Shown: positions 21,978-33,346, counted from the stretch's first letter. The stretch is DNA of 64,000 bases from an uncultured Gemmatimonadales bacterium (GCA_963793305.1 CAWBZV010000005.1:1376001-1440000); one strand, 5' to 3'. Numbers and translations are program-made. Notes: generated by a model from the sequence alone, not told the origin.

Positions 21978-23252
21978 ATGTCGACCGGTGCGCTCCCGGG
22001 ATTTCGCGATTTTTACCCGCAGGAGTTTGCTGAACGGGCGTTCATCATGCGAGCCTGGCGCACAGTCGCGCGCCGCTACGCGTTCTCCGAGGTGGATGGT
22101 CCTCCGCTCGAAGCCACGGAACTCTATACGAAGAAGAGCGGCGACGAGATTGTTGGGCAGCTCTACAACTTCAGGGACAAGGGTGATCGCGAGGTGGCCC
22201 TCCGTCCAGAGATGACACCAACAATTGCTCGAATGGTCGCGGCGCGAGCGAACGCGCTGCGGAAGCCGGTGCGCTGGTTCTCGGTGCCGCAGCTGTTCCG
22301 CTACGAGCGCCAGCAGCGCGGCCGCCTGCGCGAGCACTTCCAGCTCAACGTCGACATCATCGGCGAGCCCGACGTCACCGCCGACGCCGAGGTCCTCGCG
22401 GTCGCCATTGACGTCATGCGCGCGCTCGGCCTCACGTCCGACGACGTCAAAGCCCGCGTCTCCGACCGCCGGCTCCTCGGCGCCTATCTGCAGGCGCTCG
22501 GCGTCGCCGATGCCGTGCTGCTGCCCGTGATGACCGAAGTAGTCGACAAGCTTGGCCGCACGAAACCCGATGCGTCTGCCGAACGCCTGATCGCGCTGGG
22601 TGTGCCATCCCGCGCCATCGAGCCCATTGTTGCTCTTCCACACACGACACTCGACGACATCGGCCGCGTGGCGCCCATCGAAGATTTCGAACGGTATTTG
22701 CGCTACGTGCACCGGCTGGTCGGCGATGCCAACTGGATCCACTTCGACGCATCGATCGTTCGGGGCCTGGCCTACTATACAGGTATCGTCTTCGAGCTCT
22801 TCGACGCGAAGGGTGAGCTCCGCGCCATCTGCGGCGGCGGACGCTATGACAACCTGCTGGCGACACTCGGCGGCGTCGATCTTCCGGCCATCGGATTCGG
22901 GATGGGCGATGTGGTCCTCCGCGAGCTCCTTCAATCGCGAGGCCTCTTGCGCGATGTCGTGCCCTCGATCGACTACTGGGTGGCGACGGCCCGCGACGAT
23001 GCCGAGGCGCTGCTCGACGTGATGAACGTCGCCCGGCAACTGCGCGAGAAAGACCAGAGCGTCGAATACGCCCTCCGCGAGCAATCGCTCGGCCGCCAGC
23101 TCAAGGCAGCCAGCGCCGCCGGCGCTCGCTTCGCGGCGATAGTCGAGCCCAATGGCAAAATTGCCAGGAAAGACCTGGCGGGCAACACGCAACTCACGAT
23201 GACGATCGATCAACTGGTGGAACAGGTGGGACACGAACGCAGCAATGGCTGA
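21978..23252 (+). CDS. hisS: Histidine--tRNA ligase
   Basis: GFRDF, LRPEMT, FRYERQQRGRLREH, RGLAYYTG, GGGRYD. Confidence 0.97.
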   Translation: MSTGALPGFRDFYPQEFAERAFIMRAWRTVARRYAFSEVDGPPLEATELYTKKSGDEIVGQLYNFRDKGDREVALRPEMTPTIARMVAARANALRKPVRWFSVPQLFRYERQQRGRLREHFQLNVDIIGEPDVTADAEVLAVAIDVMRALGLTSDDVKARVSDRRLLGAYLQALGVADAVLLPVMTEVVDKLGRTKPDASAERLIALGVPSRAIEPIVALPHTTLDDIGRVAPIEDFERYLRYVHRLVGDANWIHFDASIVRGLAYYTGIVFELFDAKGELRAICGGGRYDNLLATLGGVDLPAIGFGMGDVVLRELLQSRGLLRDVVPSIDYWVATARDDAEALLDVMNVARQLREKDQSVEYALREQSLGRQLKAASAAGARFAAIVEPNGKIARKDLAGNTQLTMTIDQLVEQVGHERSNG

Positions 23253-24690
23253 CGATCAAAAGCTGACGCCACGCGCAACAGACTTCAGCGCCTGGTACAA
23301 CGAACTCGTACTCCGCGCCGAGCTCGCGGATTACTCGCCCGTGCGCGGATGCATGGTCATTCGCCCCAACGGCTACGGGATCTGGGAGCTCACCCAGCGC
23401 GCGATGGACGACATGTTCAGAGCGACGGGAGTCCGAAACGCCTACTTCCCGCTCTTCATCCCCGAAAGCTTCCTGCACAAGGAGAAGGAGCACGTCGAGG
23501 GATTCGCGCCGGAGGTGGCGGTCGTCACGATCGGCGGCGGAAAGGTGCTGGACGAGCCACTCGTCGTGCGCCCGACGTCGGAAACGATCATCTATGGGAT
23601 GTTCGCGAAGTGGGTGCAGAGCTATCGCGATCTGCCCGTGCTCATCAACCAATGGGCCAACGTCGTGCGGTGGGAGCTGCGCACCCGACTCTTCCTCCGG
23701 ACGTTGGAGTTCCTCTGGCAGGAGGGCCACACGGCCCACGCGACGCACGACGAGGCCGAGGCGCGCACCCGGCTCCAGCTGGATATCTATCGCCGATTCC
23801 AGGAAGACTGGATGGCGATGCCCGTCGTGACCGGCCAGAAGTCGGAGTCGGAGAAGTTCGCCGGTGCCCTGCGCACGTACGCGCTCGAAGCGATGATGCA
23901 GGACAACAAGGCGCTCCAGGCCGCGACGTCTCACAACCTCGGCCAGAACTTCGCCAAAGCGTTCGATCTCAAGTTCCAAACTGAGACCGGTGGGACTGAC
24001 TACGCCTGGAACACGAGTTGGGGCGCGTCGACCCGCATGATCGGCGGTCTCATCATGACCCATGGCGACGACAACGGGTTGCGCACACCTCCAAAGGTCG
24101 CGCCGACCCAGGTCGTTATCGTGCCGATCTACAAAGCCGACGCCGAACGCGCGAGAGTACTCGAAGCCGCGGATAAAATCGCAGCGTCGTTGCCTGGCAC
24201 TCGGGTCGAAATCGATCGCCGTGACGGGATGACGCCGGGTGCCAAGTATTTCTATTGGGAATTGCGTGGCATTCCACTGCGTCTCGAGCTCGGGCCACGC
24301 GATCTCGACAAAGACCAGTGCGTGCTCGTCCGCCGCGACACGCGCGCGAAGCGTCCAGTGCCGCTTGCTCAACTCTCGGCCGCGGTCCCAACGCTACTCG
24401 GCGAGATCCAGGCCGACATGTTCCGCGTCGCGCGTGATCGCCGCGAGGCGAACAGCATTCGCGGACCGATCTCGTACGACAAGTTCCGCGAGATCATGGA
24501 TGGCGAGGGCGCGTTTGTCTACGCGGGTTGGTGCGGCGACGCGGCCTGCGAGGCGCAGATCAAGGAAGACACGAAAGCGACCATCCGCGTCCTCCCGGAC
24601 CCGGAGTTTCGCTCCCCACAGGCGCCGACGACCTGCCTTCGCTGCGGCCGGCCGTCGACCGCCGAGGCACTATGGGCGAAAGCGTATTGA
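23245..24690 (+). CDS. proS: Proline--tRNA ligase (archaeal/eukaryote-like type)
   Basis: RPTSET, QWANVVRWE, EFLWQEGHT, C-terminal Cys motif and AKAY end. Confidence 0.96.
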   Translation: MADDQKLTPRATDFSAWYNELVLRAELADYSPVRGCMVIRPNGYGIWELTQRAMDDMFRATGVRNAYFPLFIPESFLHKEKEHVEGFAPEVAVVTIGGGKVLDEPLVVRPTSETIIYGMFAKWVQSYRDLPVLINQWANVVRWELRTRLFLRTLEFLWQEGHTAHATHDEAEARTRLQLDIYRRFQEDWMAMPVVTGQKSESEKFAGALRTYALEAMMQDNKALQAATSHNLGQNFAKAFDLKFQTETGGTDYAWNTSWGASTRMIGGLIMTHGDDNGLRTPPKVAPTQVVIVPIYKADAERARVLEAADKIAASLPGTRVEIDRRDGMTPGAKYFYWELRGIPLRLELGPRDLDKDQCVLVRRDTRAKRPVPLAQLSAAVPTLLGEIQADMFRVARDRREANSIRGPISYDKFREIMDGEGAFVYAGWCGDAACEAQIKEDTKATIRVLPDPEFRSPQAPTTCLRCGRPSTAEALWAKAY

Positions 24691-25922
24691 CCGCGGCACT
24701 CGCGCTCGACGGCGTCCCGCTCGATCGGATCGCCGAGGATGTCGGCACGCCGGCCTACGTGTATAGCGCCGACGCGATCCGATCGCAGTACACGGCCATG
24801 GACGGAGCGCTGGCCGCCGTCCCGCACCGACTGCACTACAGCATGAAGGCCAATGGCAACCTGGCCATCTTGCGCCTGCTCCGCGCATTGGGCTCGGGGG
24901 TCGACATCGTCTCCGGCGGGGAGCTCCACCGCGCGCTCCTCGCGGGCTTCTCCGGGGCCGATGTCGTCTTCAGCGGTGTCGGCAAATCGGAGCGGGAGCT
25001 CGAGGAGGCGGTCCTCGCCGGGGTGCTGCTGGTCAATATCGAGTCCCCGCGCGAGCTGGAGATACTAGATAGACTCGGCCGCTCAGCCGGTCGCGCAGTC
25101 CCAGTCGGGATCCGGGTCAACCCGGAAGTCTCCGTCGAGACCCCTCACCCGTACACGCGCACGGGTGAACAAGGCGCGCGCTTCGGGATCCCGTATGACC
25201 AGGTTCTGTCCCTGGTGACCCACACCCGTTCGCTCGGTGGAGTCCGCCTCGTAAGCCTGGGAATGCACATCGGCTCCCAGGTCACGGACAGCGATCCATA
25301 CGCGAGGGGCGCGGACCGCCTCGTCGCGTTGGCCAAGCAAGTCCGCGACGGCCTCCGCTATCTCGACATAGGCGGTGGCCTGGCGGTGTCGTACGGCGAC
25401 GGCCCGTCGGGCGATGTCCGTGCATTCGGCGCCATTGCCACGCGCGCGGCGGCCGAGCTCGGCCTATCGCTGATCGTCGAGCCGGGACGTTTCATTGTCG
25501 CAAATGCGGGCGTCTTGCTGACCCGGGTCATCGACAGAAAGCGCAGCGCCCATAAGACGTACGTCATCACCGATGCCGGGATGACGGAGCTGCTGCGCCC
25601 GTCGCATTATCATGCCTACCATCGCATCGAGTCGGTGACGCCGAAGTCGACGCGCTCGCTCGTCGACATCTGTGGTCCGGTCTGCGAGAGCGGCGATTTT
25701 CTGGCGCTGGACCGCGAGCTCGATGATGTGGGGCCTGGTGATCTGCTCGCCGTGCACTCGGTGGGCGCGTACGGCTTTGTGATGGCGTCGAACTACAACG
25801 CTCGGGTCCGGCCGCCCGAGGTGCTGAGCGATGGCGGCCGCTTCGCGATCATTCGCGAGCGCGAAACGTACGACGATCTGGTGAGGCACGAGGTGGGTCC
25901 TGCCGTGTGGAGGAGCGCCTGA
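24672..25922 (+). CDS. lysA: Diaminopimelate decarboxylase
   Basis: YSMKAN, HIGSQ, DIGGG, EPGR, GPVCESGD, SNYN. Confidence 0.94.
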   Translation: MGESVLTAALALDGVPLDRIAEDVGTPAYVYSADAIRSQYTAMDGALAAVPHRLHYSMKANGNLAILRLLRALGSGVDIVSGGELHRALLAGFSGADVVFSGVGKSERELEEAVLAGVLLVNIESPRELEILDRLGRSAGRAVPVGIRVNPEVSVETPHPYTRTGEQGARFGIPYDQVLSLVTHTRSLGGVRLVSLGMHIGSQVTDSDPYARGADRLVALAKQVRDGLRYLDIGGGLAVSYGDGPSGDVRAFGAIATRAAAELGLSLIVEPGRFIVANAGVLLTRVIDRKRSAHKTYVITDAGMTELLRPSHYHAYHRIESVTPKSTRSLVDICGPVCESGDFLALDRELDDVGPGDLLAVHSVGAYGFVMASNYNARVRPPEVLSDGGRFAIIRERETYDDLVRHEVGPAVWRSA

Positions 25923-26431
25923 TGCGTGTCGGGGTCATGGGGGACACTCACGATCGCGTTCCGGCGATCGCCGAGATACTGAAGCGGATGGCCGAAGGTG
26001 GCGTGGCGCTCGTCCTGCACGTGGGCGACTACTGCTCGCCCTTTGCGCTCGCGCCGTTCCGCGATCTCAACATGGCTTTGGCCGGCGTGTTTGGCCGCAA
26101 CGACGGCGACCGCGAGGGTCTCAAGGCCGCCGCCTCGAGTGGGCTCGGCGCCGAGCTCTACGAGTCTCCGCACTCCGTGGAGCTCGATGGCAAGCGGGTG
26201 CTGCTCGTGCACGACTTGGGCGATGTCGGCGAGAAATCCATCGAGTCCCACGCCGTGGTGGTTCATGGCTGGTCCCATAAGGCCGAGATCAAGTCGGTGG
26301 GTGATACACTCATCGTCAACCCCGGCGAAGCGTGTGGCTGGCTCTTTGGGACGCCCGCGGCCGCAATCCTGGACCTCGACACGAAATCAGTCGAAGTAAT
26401 ACGACTCACAGAAAAAGATTGGCGGTGTTAA
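25922..26431 (+). CDS. YfcE-like metallophosphoesterase
   Basis: GDTHD, HVGD, GRND, HGWSH, NPGE. Confidence 0.88.
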   Translation: MRVGVMGDTHDRVPAIAEILKRMAEGGVALVLHVGDYCSPFALAPFRDLNMALAGVFGRNDGDREGLKAAASSGLGAELYESPHSVELDGKRVLLVHDLGDVGEKSIESHAVVVHGWSHKAEIKSVGDTLIVNPGEACGWLFGTPAAAILDLDTKSVEVIRLTEKDWRC

Positions 26432-26432
26432 T

Positions 26433-27968
26433 GTGACGAGTCGAATACTGATTCTAGACTATGGCTCTCAGTTCACGCAGCTGATCACGCGGCGCGTTCG
26501 CGAAGCGCGTGTGTACTCGGAAATCCACCCTCCGACTCGCACGATCGAGTGGATCAAAGAGTGGCAGCCGACGGGGATTATCCTGAGTGGCGGCCCAAAC
26601 TCGGTCTACGGAGAAAATGTCCCCTCGGCCGACCCCGCACTCCTGGACATCGCGCCAGTGCTCGGGATCTGCTACGGGATGCAGCTCGTCGCGTACCTGG
26701 CGGGCGCTAAGATCATCCCAGGTGTCCGCGAATATGGCCGCGCCGAAATCGAAGTCCTCGAACCCAAGGGTCCGTTCGACGGCTTCGACAAGGGCGAGAA
26801 GATGACGGTGTGGATGAGCCACGGTGATCACGTCGACCAGCCCCCGCCGGGCTTCTGCGTCACCGCTCGCTCCAACAGCGGCATCATCGGCGCCATGCGC
26901 GACACGCATCGTCCGATCTACACGCTGATGTTCCACCCGGAAGTCGCCCACACGCCGCGGGGCGGGGAACTGATATCGAACTTCTTGTTCGATGTCTGTC
27001 ACGCCGACCCGAGTTGGACCTCGGGTGCGTTCATCGACGACCATGTCACGCGAATCGCCGAGCAAGTCGGCAAATCCCGCGTCATCGCGGGCCTCTCGGG
27101 TGGCGTCGACTCCGCGGTCGCCGCGGCGCTCGTCCACCGTGCGATTGGCGACCAGTTGACCTGCATCTTCGTCGACACCGGCCTCCTCCGCCGCCACGAG
27201 CGCGAGCAAGTGGAGCGCACGTTTCGCCAACACTTAAGCATCCCGTTAGTCGTCGTCGACGCCTCGGAGCGCTTTCTCACCGCTCTCGCCGGCGTCGATG
27301 ATCCAGAAGAGAAGCGCCGGATCATCGGCCACACGTTCATCGATGTCTTCGAGGAAGCCACGGCCGGCCGTGACGCCGAGTTCTTGGTGCAGGGCACCTT
27401 ATACCCCGACGTGATAGAGTCCTCGTCCCCGAGGGGTGGCCCATCGGTGACGATCAAGACGCACCACAACGTCGGCGGCCTCAAGCCCGACATGAAGTTC
27501 CGCCTCATCGAACCATTGCGGGAGCTGTTCAAGGACGAGGTCCGCGCCGTCGGCCGCGAGCTGGGCCTCCCAGAAGAGATGGTCGGCCGCCACCCGTTCC
27601 CGGGCCCGGGGCTCGCCATTCGTATCCTAGGCGCCGTCACGCGCGAGGCGCTCGACACGCTGCGCCACGCCGACGCGATCTATCTCGAGGAGATCCGCGA
27701 GGCGGGCTTGTACAACGATATCTGGCAGGCGTTCGCGGTACTGCTGCCGATCCGTAGCGTCGGCGTCATGGGCGACTATCGCACATACGAGCAGGTTATC
27801 GCCCTGCGCGCCGTCACGAGCTCTGATGGGATGACGGCCGACTGGTTCCCATTCCCGCCGGAGGTGCTGGCCCGCATCTCAACGCGGATCATCAACGAGG
27901 TGAAGGGCATCAACCGCGTCGTCTACGACGTCAGCTCCAAGCCGCCCGCCACTATCGAGTGGGAGTGA
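26433..27968 (+). CDS. guaA: GMP synthase (glutamine-hydrolysing)
   Basis: [29 protein letters not shown]. Confidence 0.98.
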   Translation: MTSRILILDYGSQFTQLITRRVREARVYSEIHPPTRTIEWIKEWQPTGIILSGGPNSVYGENVPSADPALLDIAPVLGICYGMQLVAYLAGAKIIPGVREYGRAEIEVLEPKGPFDGFDKGEKMTVWMSHGDHVDQPPPGFCVTARSNSGIIGAMRDTHRPIYTLMFHPEVAHTPRGGELISNFLFDVCHADPSWTSGAFIDDHVTRIAEQVGKSRVIAGLSGGVDSAVAAALVHRAIGDQLTCIFVDTGLLRRHEREQVERTFRQHLSIPLVVVDASERFLTALAGVDDPEEKRRIIGHTFIDVFEEATAGRDAEFLVQGTLYPDVIESSSPRGGPSVTIKTHHNVGGLKPDMKFRLIEPLRELFKDEVRAVGRELGLPEEMVGRHPFPGPGLAIRILGAVTREALDTLRHADAIYLEEIREAGLYNDIWQAFAVLLPIRSVGVMGDYRTYEQVIALRAVTSSDGMTADWFPFPPEVLARISTRIINEVKGINRVVYDVSSKPPATIEWE

Positions 27969-27986
27969 GGGCGTTGGGTGACCCCC

Positions 27987-28277
27987 TCACGCCGTTTGAG
28001 CCCCTTTAGTCTGCCCTGCTAACTGGCGCATCTCCTCGACCTGGGCGGCCGCGCGCGCGGCGTGCACCCGCTCGAGGACGACGGCGGCCTCGTCGGCCGT
28101 CATGCGGGCGTACTCCACCGTGTTCTGGAACGGAGCCTCCACGGTAACGGTGAATATCCGTCCAGAACGCTTCCGGCGGAGCCAGGCCCTTCGATCGCGG
28201 ACCTTCGCGACTACGACGAGCACGGCACCCAACCCACAAAAAACCTGCGCACAGATGACCCCGAGTGGTTCGGTCAT
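27987..28277 (-). CDS. Small hypothetical single-pass membrane protein
   Basis: ATG 28277 overlaps stop of upstream ORF (ATGA); N-terminal hydrophobic helix then basic patch. Confidence 0.5.
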   Translation of the reverse strand: MTEPLGVICAQVFCGLGAVLVVVAKVRDRRAWLRRKRSGRIFTVTVEAPFQNTVEYARMTADEAAVVLERVHAARAAAQVEEMRQLAGQTKGAQTA

Positions 28278-28672
28278 TTCTTGTCCTCCCGATAGGGGCG
28301 ACAGAGAGTGAGGAAAAAGAGAACGCCAACGAACGTCCACAGCTCAATGGTGCTCAACGGGTAAGTAGGTGTGGCTTGGTGAGTCTTAATCAACACGTCC
28401 CAAGCTGATGCCCACAGGATGGCTACAACACAGCCGCCGGTACCGATCGAAGTCAGTACGTCGTGGCGCGCTGCGGTAATGGCGGTCACAATACCGTCAA
28501 CCGCCAACACCGCCGAGATGATGAACAAGTCCCCATTGTCGAGCAGGCTGGCCAGGGTCAGTGCCTGACCGTGAGCCAGCTGCACGATGGCAAGGAGGAG
28601 GATTGGAGCAAGTGACAGCGCGACTCTAAACACGAGCCAGTGGGTGACCTGCGATCGAATATCATTGGGCAT
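28274..28672 (-). CDS. Hypothetical membrane protein (about 4 TM helices)
   Basis: 132 aa with four hydrophobic segments; TATCGT 6 nt before the ATG. Confidence 0.6.
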   Translation of the reverse strand: MPNDIRSQVTHWLVFRVALSLAPILLLAIVQLAHGQALTLASLLDNGDLFIISAVLAVDGIVTAITAARHDVLTSIGTGGCVVAILWASAWDVLIKTHQATPTYPLSTIELWTFVGVLFFLTLCRPYREDKK

Positions 28673-28842
28673 GCTCTGACGATAAGATCCTGCGTCAGCG
28701 GAGCGTCATCCGTATTCGTCTGGATGTTGCCCGAGGTTGCACGCCCGCGCAACGCACGAATTCCAACGGGCACGAATCACACGGGATGTGAGCCCTTGTT
28801 ATTCGATGACGCGCAGGCTGGCCGGCGGCGAGAATATTCGCC

Positions 28843-29249
28843 ATGCGCACGCCAGAGAAAGTCTCGGCTGAACTCAAACGGCTCGAAGATCTCCGTGCCT
28901 TCGAACCGCGGCGTATGATCAGCTGGCAGTACTCTGCCTGAACCTCAGCGGTCGGCTACCGAGTGATGAGCAGCTCAATCTGGCTCAGCAGATTCGGCGA
29001 TCTGCGATATCAATCGCCTCCAACATCGCGGAGGGCTACGCCAGACGCTCGGCGCGCGGCTACGCCCACTATCTCATGGTCGCGCACGGATCGTTGCTCG
29101 AGCTGGACACCCAGCTCGAGATCGCCCTTGGCGCAGGCTACCTCGACAACGAGGACCTCACCGACGTACTGCCCCTCGTCGCTCGGGCTGCTGGGTTGCT
29201 CAGCGATATCGTCCGAGGACTGGGCCCCGACCTCGGGGGCTTGGAATAG
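28843..29249 (+). CDS. Four-helix-bundle protein (23S rRNA IVS/S23, bAvd-like fold), frameshift near 28906; not in ORF track
   Basis: Manual translation: MRTPEKVSAELKRLEDLRAFE, then QIRRSAISIASNIAEGY...GSLLELDTQLEIA...GYL, stop TAG 29247-29249. Confidence 0.82.
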
Positions 29250-29302
29250 CACCGCGGTCCCGATCACCTCGCCCTCGGGTACCGCCGTGATCGAAGGCCG
29301 CC

Positions 29303-31559
29303 CTATCGCGGGATGATCGTCAACACCGGCCGGATCGACTCCAGCGGCGTGGCGAACAACGATAACTGGTCGGGATCCGCGAACACCGTTGCGAAGTCCT
29401 CGGGACTGAAAGCCCGCGCCAGTCGCTCCGCGTACGTCGTACGCAACAAGCGCACGTAGTACTCGATATCATAGTCACGCGGATCAGCGTCCGGCAGATC
29501 GTCCGACGATAGAGCCTCCGGGCGGCCGGCGAGGCCAGCCTCCCCATTCGGCTTGCGGTACACGCGGACATGATCGCCCTCTCGCCACTGCGTCTGGCCA
29601 GCGGCGCGCAGCGCTTCATAGGGTAGCTCGCGGCGGCGCGCACGCGACCGCTCATAGACCGCGGGCGATTTCGTGAGCCGCACACGCGACGAGACCTCGT
29701 ACGTCGACAGCGCTCGCGCACGGAGCGCGGCGGTCATCCGAAGGTACCGCTCGCGCACACCTGGGACGTCACCCGAGAGCAGGTGCGTGATCGCTGAGCG
29801 AAGAAAAATGTCGCCGAATGGCTCGGAACGGCTCGACCGAAACGCCACGCCTTTCAAGAGGAGCGTGTGATCGTAGCCGAGCAGCGCGTAGTTCTTGGGC
29901 TCGTGCGAGAGCATAGCCGCATACCGGCCCGCGAACTCGAGCTGGACGAGGCGTGGCAGGAGGGCCGCCACCTCGGCGACGACTGCGCCGCTCGTCGCTC
30001 TCGCTCCACGACTCGGGGACCGCGAAATACACCCCGTCCGTGTCCGCCTCGATGAGCGTCACACCGCGCGCCTCGAACTCCCGGCACATCTGGTCGAGCA
30101 GCTCGCGACCGCGCCGCGTCACTTCGTTGGCCGCGTGCACGTCCGAGAATCGCGTGAGTCCACCCGCGGCCATATACCCGTAGGCGGCGTTGACCACGAT
30201 CTTGAGCGCGGCCGACGTCCCCGCCTGTCCACTGGCTTTGGCCTCGAGTCGCAACTCGGTCATTCGATCGACGATCGCGAGGAGCGCGCCCAGACGATCC
30301 CGCGCTGGCCCGATACGATAGGCACGCATGAGCGAGGGATAGAGGCTCGCGACGTCGGCCTTCACGATCCGATGCGCGACACCGGCGGCAAAGAGGTGCA
30401 GTGCGGCGCCGCTATGTGGCGTGTCCGTGCGGTTCTCGTGAACGGGCAGGGCTTGACCAGCGCGAAGGTACGCGCGGACCAGCAGCGGATCGATGACGCC
30501 GGTCGCTGGCCCGGCGTCGGCGAGGCGCTCGTACCGGCGCGGCGCCATCTTCGCCAGTGCGTAGGCCGCGCCGCCGAGCAGGCGGGAGATGGCGGCGACT
30601 TCCTCGACGTCGTGCGTGGCGTATCGGCGCACGCGCTCCGGATCGACGAGGTACGTCCGATAGATCTCGCTGCCGCCCACGTACTCGCGATCGGCGCGCG
30701 CGACGCCGAAGTGACGCGCGACCGCCTTGAGACCATGCCCAGGCAACTCGCGGGTCGAGAAGTCGTACCGCCACACCGCGTCGAGCGTATCGATCAGCTC
30801 TCGACCCGGCGCGACGAAGCGCAGGCGCCCGCGGGATGAGGCGCTGCGCGCGAGGAGTCCGCGCCCGGTTCGACCCAGCGGCAGCGGAACGCCGAGGATG
30901 CGGGCGCGGCGGGAGAGAAAAGGGAGATCGAAGCCATGCAGGTTGTGGTTCTCGATCACGTCGGGATCCGCCGCATGGACCCGGGCCACGAGCTGCCGGA
31001 TCAGATCGGCCTCCCCCGGACCATCCAGTACGTCGATGGCGCCCGTATGATCGCGAATCGAGACCATGAAGATCCGGTCATGGTGGGCGTTGAGGCCGGT
31101 CGTCTCGAGGTCGAACTGGAGGCGGTGAATTTGATCGAACGCCAGCTCGCGAAAGTACGTTCGTCCCGTCTGCACCAGATACTGCTCGTCGGCCGGCAGC
31201 GCGAGCATCGTGCCCGGTTCGAGCTCGGCGAGCTCGCTCGGCTTGCTCACGGGTGTGCCCAATCGCTCGGACGCGGCGCGCAATATCGTATCGATCAGTC
31301 TTCGGCCATCGTTGGCGCTCACCATGTAGCGCAGCGCCCCGGGCCCATCGAGCTCGCGGTAATCGGCCCACGTCGCGTCTCGGAGATCGTCGAGATGCGC
31401 GAGGAGAATCCAGGGTCGAAAGCGCTCCGTCTCGACGACCAGCGTGTCCGTTGCCGCGTCCCGCCGCCAGACGAGTGCTTTGCCGCTCAGGCTGGCATGT
31501 ACCGACACGATGCCGGGCGTGGAGTCCCAGCCCCACACCCACTCATCGGCTGAACGCAA
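29303..31559 (-). CDS. Family B DNA polymerase with 3'-5' exonuclease domain (frameshift near 29984)
   Basis: Exo motifs FDLETTG, NHNLHGFD, YATHD; pol motifs DVASLYPS, KIVVNAAYG, DTDG; KNYA and KG in the second frame. Confidence 0.9.
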
Positions 31560-32112
31560 TGTCGGCTGCTTTCACCACGCGGGAAATCCTCGGCATGATC
31601 TTCTCCACCGAGAAGGCGTGCATCTCGGTCGTGGTAGCCGCCATAACGTCCTCGGCGATGACGATGGCGTACCCACGCTCCCATCCCTGCCGCGCGGTCG
31701 ACTCGACGCCGAAGTTCGTGGCAATGCCGCCGAGCACGATCGTGGTAATGCCGCGGCGGCGCAGTTGGTCGTCGAGGTCCGTGCCGTGGAACGCGCCCCA
31801 TTGGTGCTTGGTGATGCGAATATCCGGGGCATGAGCGAGGCCGTCGACGAGCTCGGTCCAGCCCGCGGGGAGCGCGGAGAGGGGGCGAGGCTGGTCGACG
31901 GGCTGACGAAGCGCGTCGCCGAAATCAGCGGCGTACGCGACGTTGACCAGGACCACTGGCGCCCGGGCGGCTCTGAACCGGGCGGCGAGGGCGGTCGCCG
32001 TCTGCACGACATCGGTCGCCGGGCGAGGGGCGAGCGACATGCCGACGATGCCCTTTTGGAGATCGATGAGCACGAGCGCGGTCGTGCGCGGGTCGAGCGC
32101 GTCGATCGTCAT
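31543..32112 (-). CDS. Isochorismatase family hydrolase
   Basis: ALVLIDLQ, KHQWGAF, GIATNFGVESTAR; own ATG at 32112. Confidence 0.9.
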   Translation of the reverse strand: MTIDALDPRTTALVLIDLQKGIVGMSLAPRPATDVVQTATALAARFRAARAPVVLVNVAYAADFGDALRQPVDQPRPLSALPAGWTELVDGLAHAPDIRITKHQWGAFHGTDLDDQLRRRGITTIVLGGIATNFGVESTARQGWERGYAIVIAEDVMAATTTEMHAFSVEKIMPRISRVVKAADIAFSR

Positions 32113-32806
32113 CCGATGCGCTTCCACGTCACGTCCCGGCCTTCGCGACGATCCACGAAGCCGATAATATGTCCGCGCTCGTCGCGCTGGAAGATGCGCC
32201 TCGTGCGCGGCTGACCCGGTTCGAAAAAGACGTTCGGGCGACTCGGGGCGGAACGTCCGATCGGGGCGCCCTTGGCGCGCGACGACCAGACGATCACCGT
32301 CGCATCGAATTGTCGCCACGATATCCGCCGTCATCGAGTACTGGCCAGCGTACGAGCACAGGGTCGCGCGATCGAGACGGATCGGCGGCGGGTCCTGGAG
32401 CACCGCCAAGACCTGCTCGCCAATCAACCGCCAGCCATCGGCCGAGCGCACCCAGGTATCCGTCATCCGGAACCGACTCCGGATGATCTGTCCGTGATAG
32501 TCGAGGTACTCGGCGTCCTCGTGCGTGACTACCGCCATATCTCCCGTCGTGGCCACGCGAAAGTCGTCGATATCGAGATGCCCCGTGAGGCCGGGTCCGA
32601 GCGGTTGGAGATTGGCGAGGATCTCCGCTTTGTCCCGCACGACGTCGTTCTCATCGACCTGCGTCGCGAGCGAGTCGAGCAGGCGGTTCCAGGTCGCCGT
32701 ATCGCCAGGGGCAATCGCGTCGAGCAGCGCCTGCGTATTGTGCCGGAGCTCGGCCTCGACGGACGATTGCGCGGCCGCCCGCGCGCCGCAGGCGGCGAGG
32801 AGCAGC
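32109..32806 (-). CDS. Exported NTF2-like (DUF4440-type) protein, frameshift near 32232, start uncertain
   Basis: Signal-like LLLAACGARAAA, RFRMTDTWVRSADGWRL; C-terminal FFEPGQPRTRRIF in the next frame. Confidence 0.65.
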
Positions 32807-32809
32807 GCG

Positions 32810-33262
32810 CTAAACGCCTTTCTCCTGCAGGAGCGCCATGAACTGCGACGGCTCCGTGAGCGCGAGCAACCGCTGGGGGACATCGGGCTCCTTGCTGAAC
32901 TGCGCGATCTTGCCGAGCACCGGCAGATATTGGTTCGAGATCTCGAGCGGTGGAGCGACGATGAGGAAGAAGAAGTAGACCGGCTTCTCGTCGATCGCCT
33001 TGAAGTCGACGCCGGCGGCCTTCCGGCCGAACGCGACCCGGAGCTTGTTGACCACGAGCGACCGCGCGTGGGGGATCGCGATCCCGCGACCGATGCCGGT
33101 CGAACCCAGGTTCTCGCGGCGCTTCAACATCTTGAACAGCATGCCATCCGATTTCTCGTCGAGCTTGAGCAGCGAGATCAGCTCCTTCAGGATCTCGTCT
33201 TTCGTGTTCCCTTGCAGGTCGAGATTGATCGCGTCTTCAGAGAAAAACTCGCGGAGTTCCAT
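32810..33262 (-). CDS. PTS EIIA (Ntr/fructose-type) domain protein
   Basis: RENLGSTGIGRGIAIPH motif. Confidence 0.92.
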   Translation of the reverse strand: MELREFFSEDAINLDLQGNTKDEILKELISLLKLDEKSDGMLFKMLKRRENLGSTGIGRGIAIPHARSLVVNKLRVAFGRKAAGVDFKAIDEKPVYFFFLIVAPPLEISNQYLPVLGKIAQFSKEPDVPQRLLALTEPSQFMALLQEKGV

Positions 33263-33346
33263 GGATCCCCTTGTGTCTCAAAACCTCGGAAACTATTGCC
33301 TTTGCCGGGCTGGCGGTAGGAACGGTCCCGGCCGTAAACTCTTGGT

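Noticed and set aside
28843..31559. Diversity-generating retroelement suggested by the Avd-like gene
   Set aside because: No reverse transcriptase motifs and no template/variable repeat pair seen; the neighbour is a family B DNA polymerase.
31543..32883. Apparent NTF2-isochorismatase fusion (446 aa ORF)
   Set aside because: Frameshift near 32232. The upstream gene has its own C-terminus and stop at 32109, overlapping the ATG at 32112.
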